Source of the DNA: Saprolegnia diclina VS20
Taxonomy: Eukaryota
DNA: 49,772 nt
Assembly (NCBI RefSeq): GCF_000281045.1
Contig: NW_008246118.1
Span: 315,850 to 365,621 of the forward strand
Direction: 5' to 3'
Shown piece by piece: positions 49,772 through 49,772 of the stretch. The notes under the pieces were generated by a model that made no database searches, was not told the DNA's origin, and saw nothing but the letters and a program-made list of their open reading frames with translations. The translations under genes were made by a program, and so were the position numbers. The stretch's first letter is position 1. Each line of letters begins with the position of its first letter.

Positions 49772-49772
49772 T

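Overview
Gene-dense, GC-rich eukaryotic DNA with many ~40-55 nt GT(AC)-AG introns, very short intergenic spacers and flagellar genes. The profile fits a Saprolegniales oomycete (Saprolegnia/Achlya-like); this assignment is inference, not a database result. Gene order: CaMK1-like kinase (+), VWA8 AAA/vWA protein (+), second CaMK1-like kinase with N-terminal MGC (+), proteasome Rpn2 (+), intronless ankyrin-repeat gene (-), ~4500-aa axonemal inner-arm dynein heavy chain 1-beta/DNAH2-like (+), WW-less Pin1 parvulin (-), MsrB (+), FAM194-like protein (+), SMARCAD1/Fun30 remodeler (-), katanin p80 (+), CSN8 (-), PDZ-TBC Rab-GAP (-), Tra2/SR45a-like RRM-RS protein (+), PIG-B (-), SLC35F-type transporter (+), IQ-repeat protein (-), and a frameshifted 2OG-Fe(II)-like pseudogene (+). 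The strongest hidden signal is a textbook AT-AC minor-spliceosome (U12) intron at 7076-7139 inside the VWA8 vWA domain. Without it, the C-terminal half of the domain cannot be translated. Gene models were spliced by eye and family calls come from recalled motifs. No bacterial-type system, rRNA, tRNA or CRISPR array is supportable.
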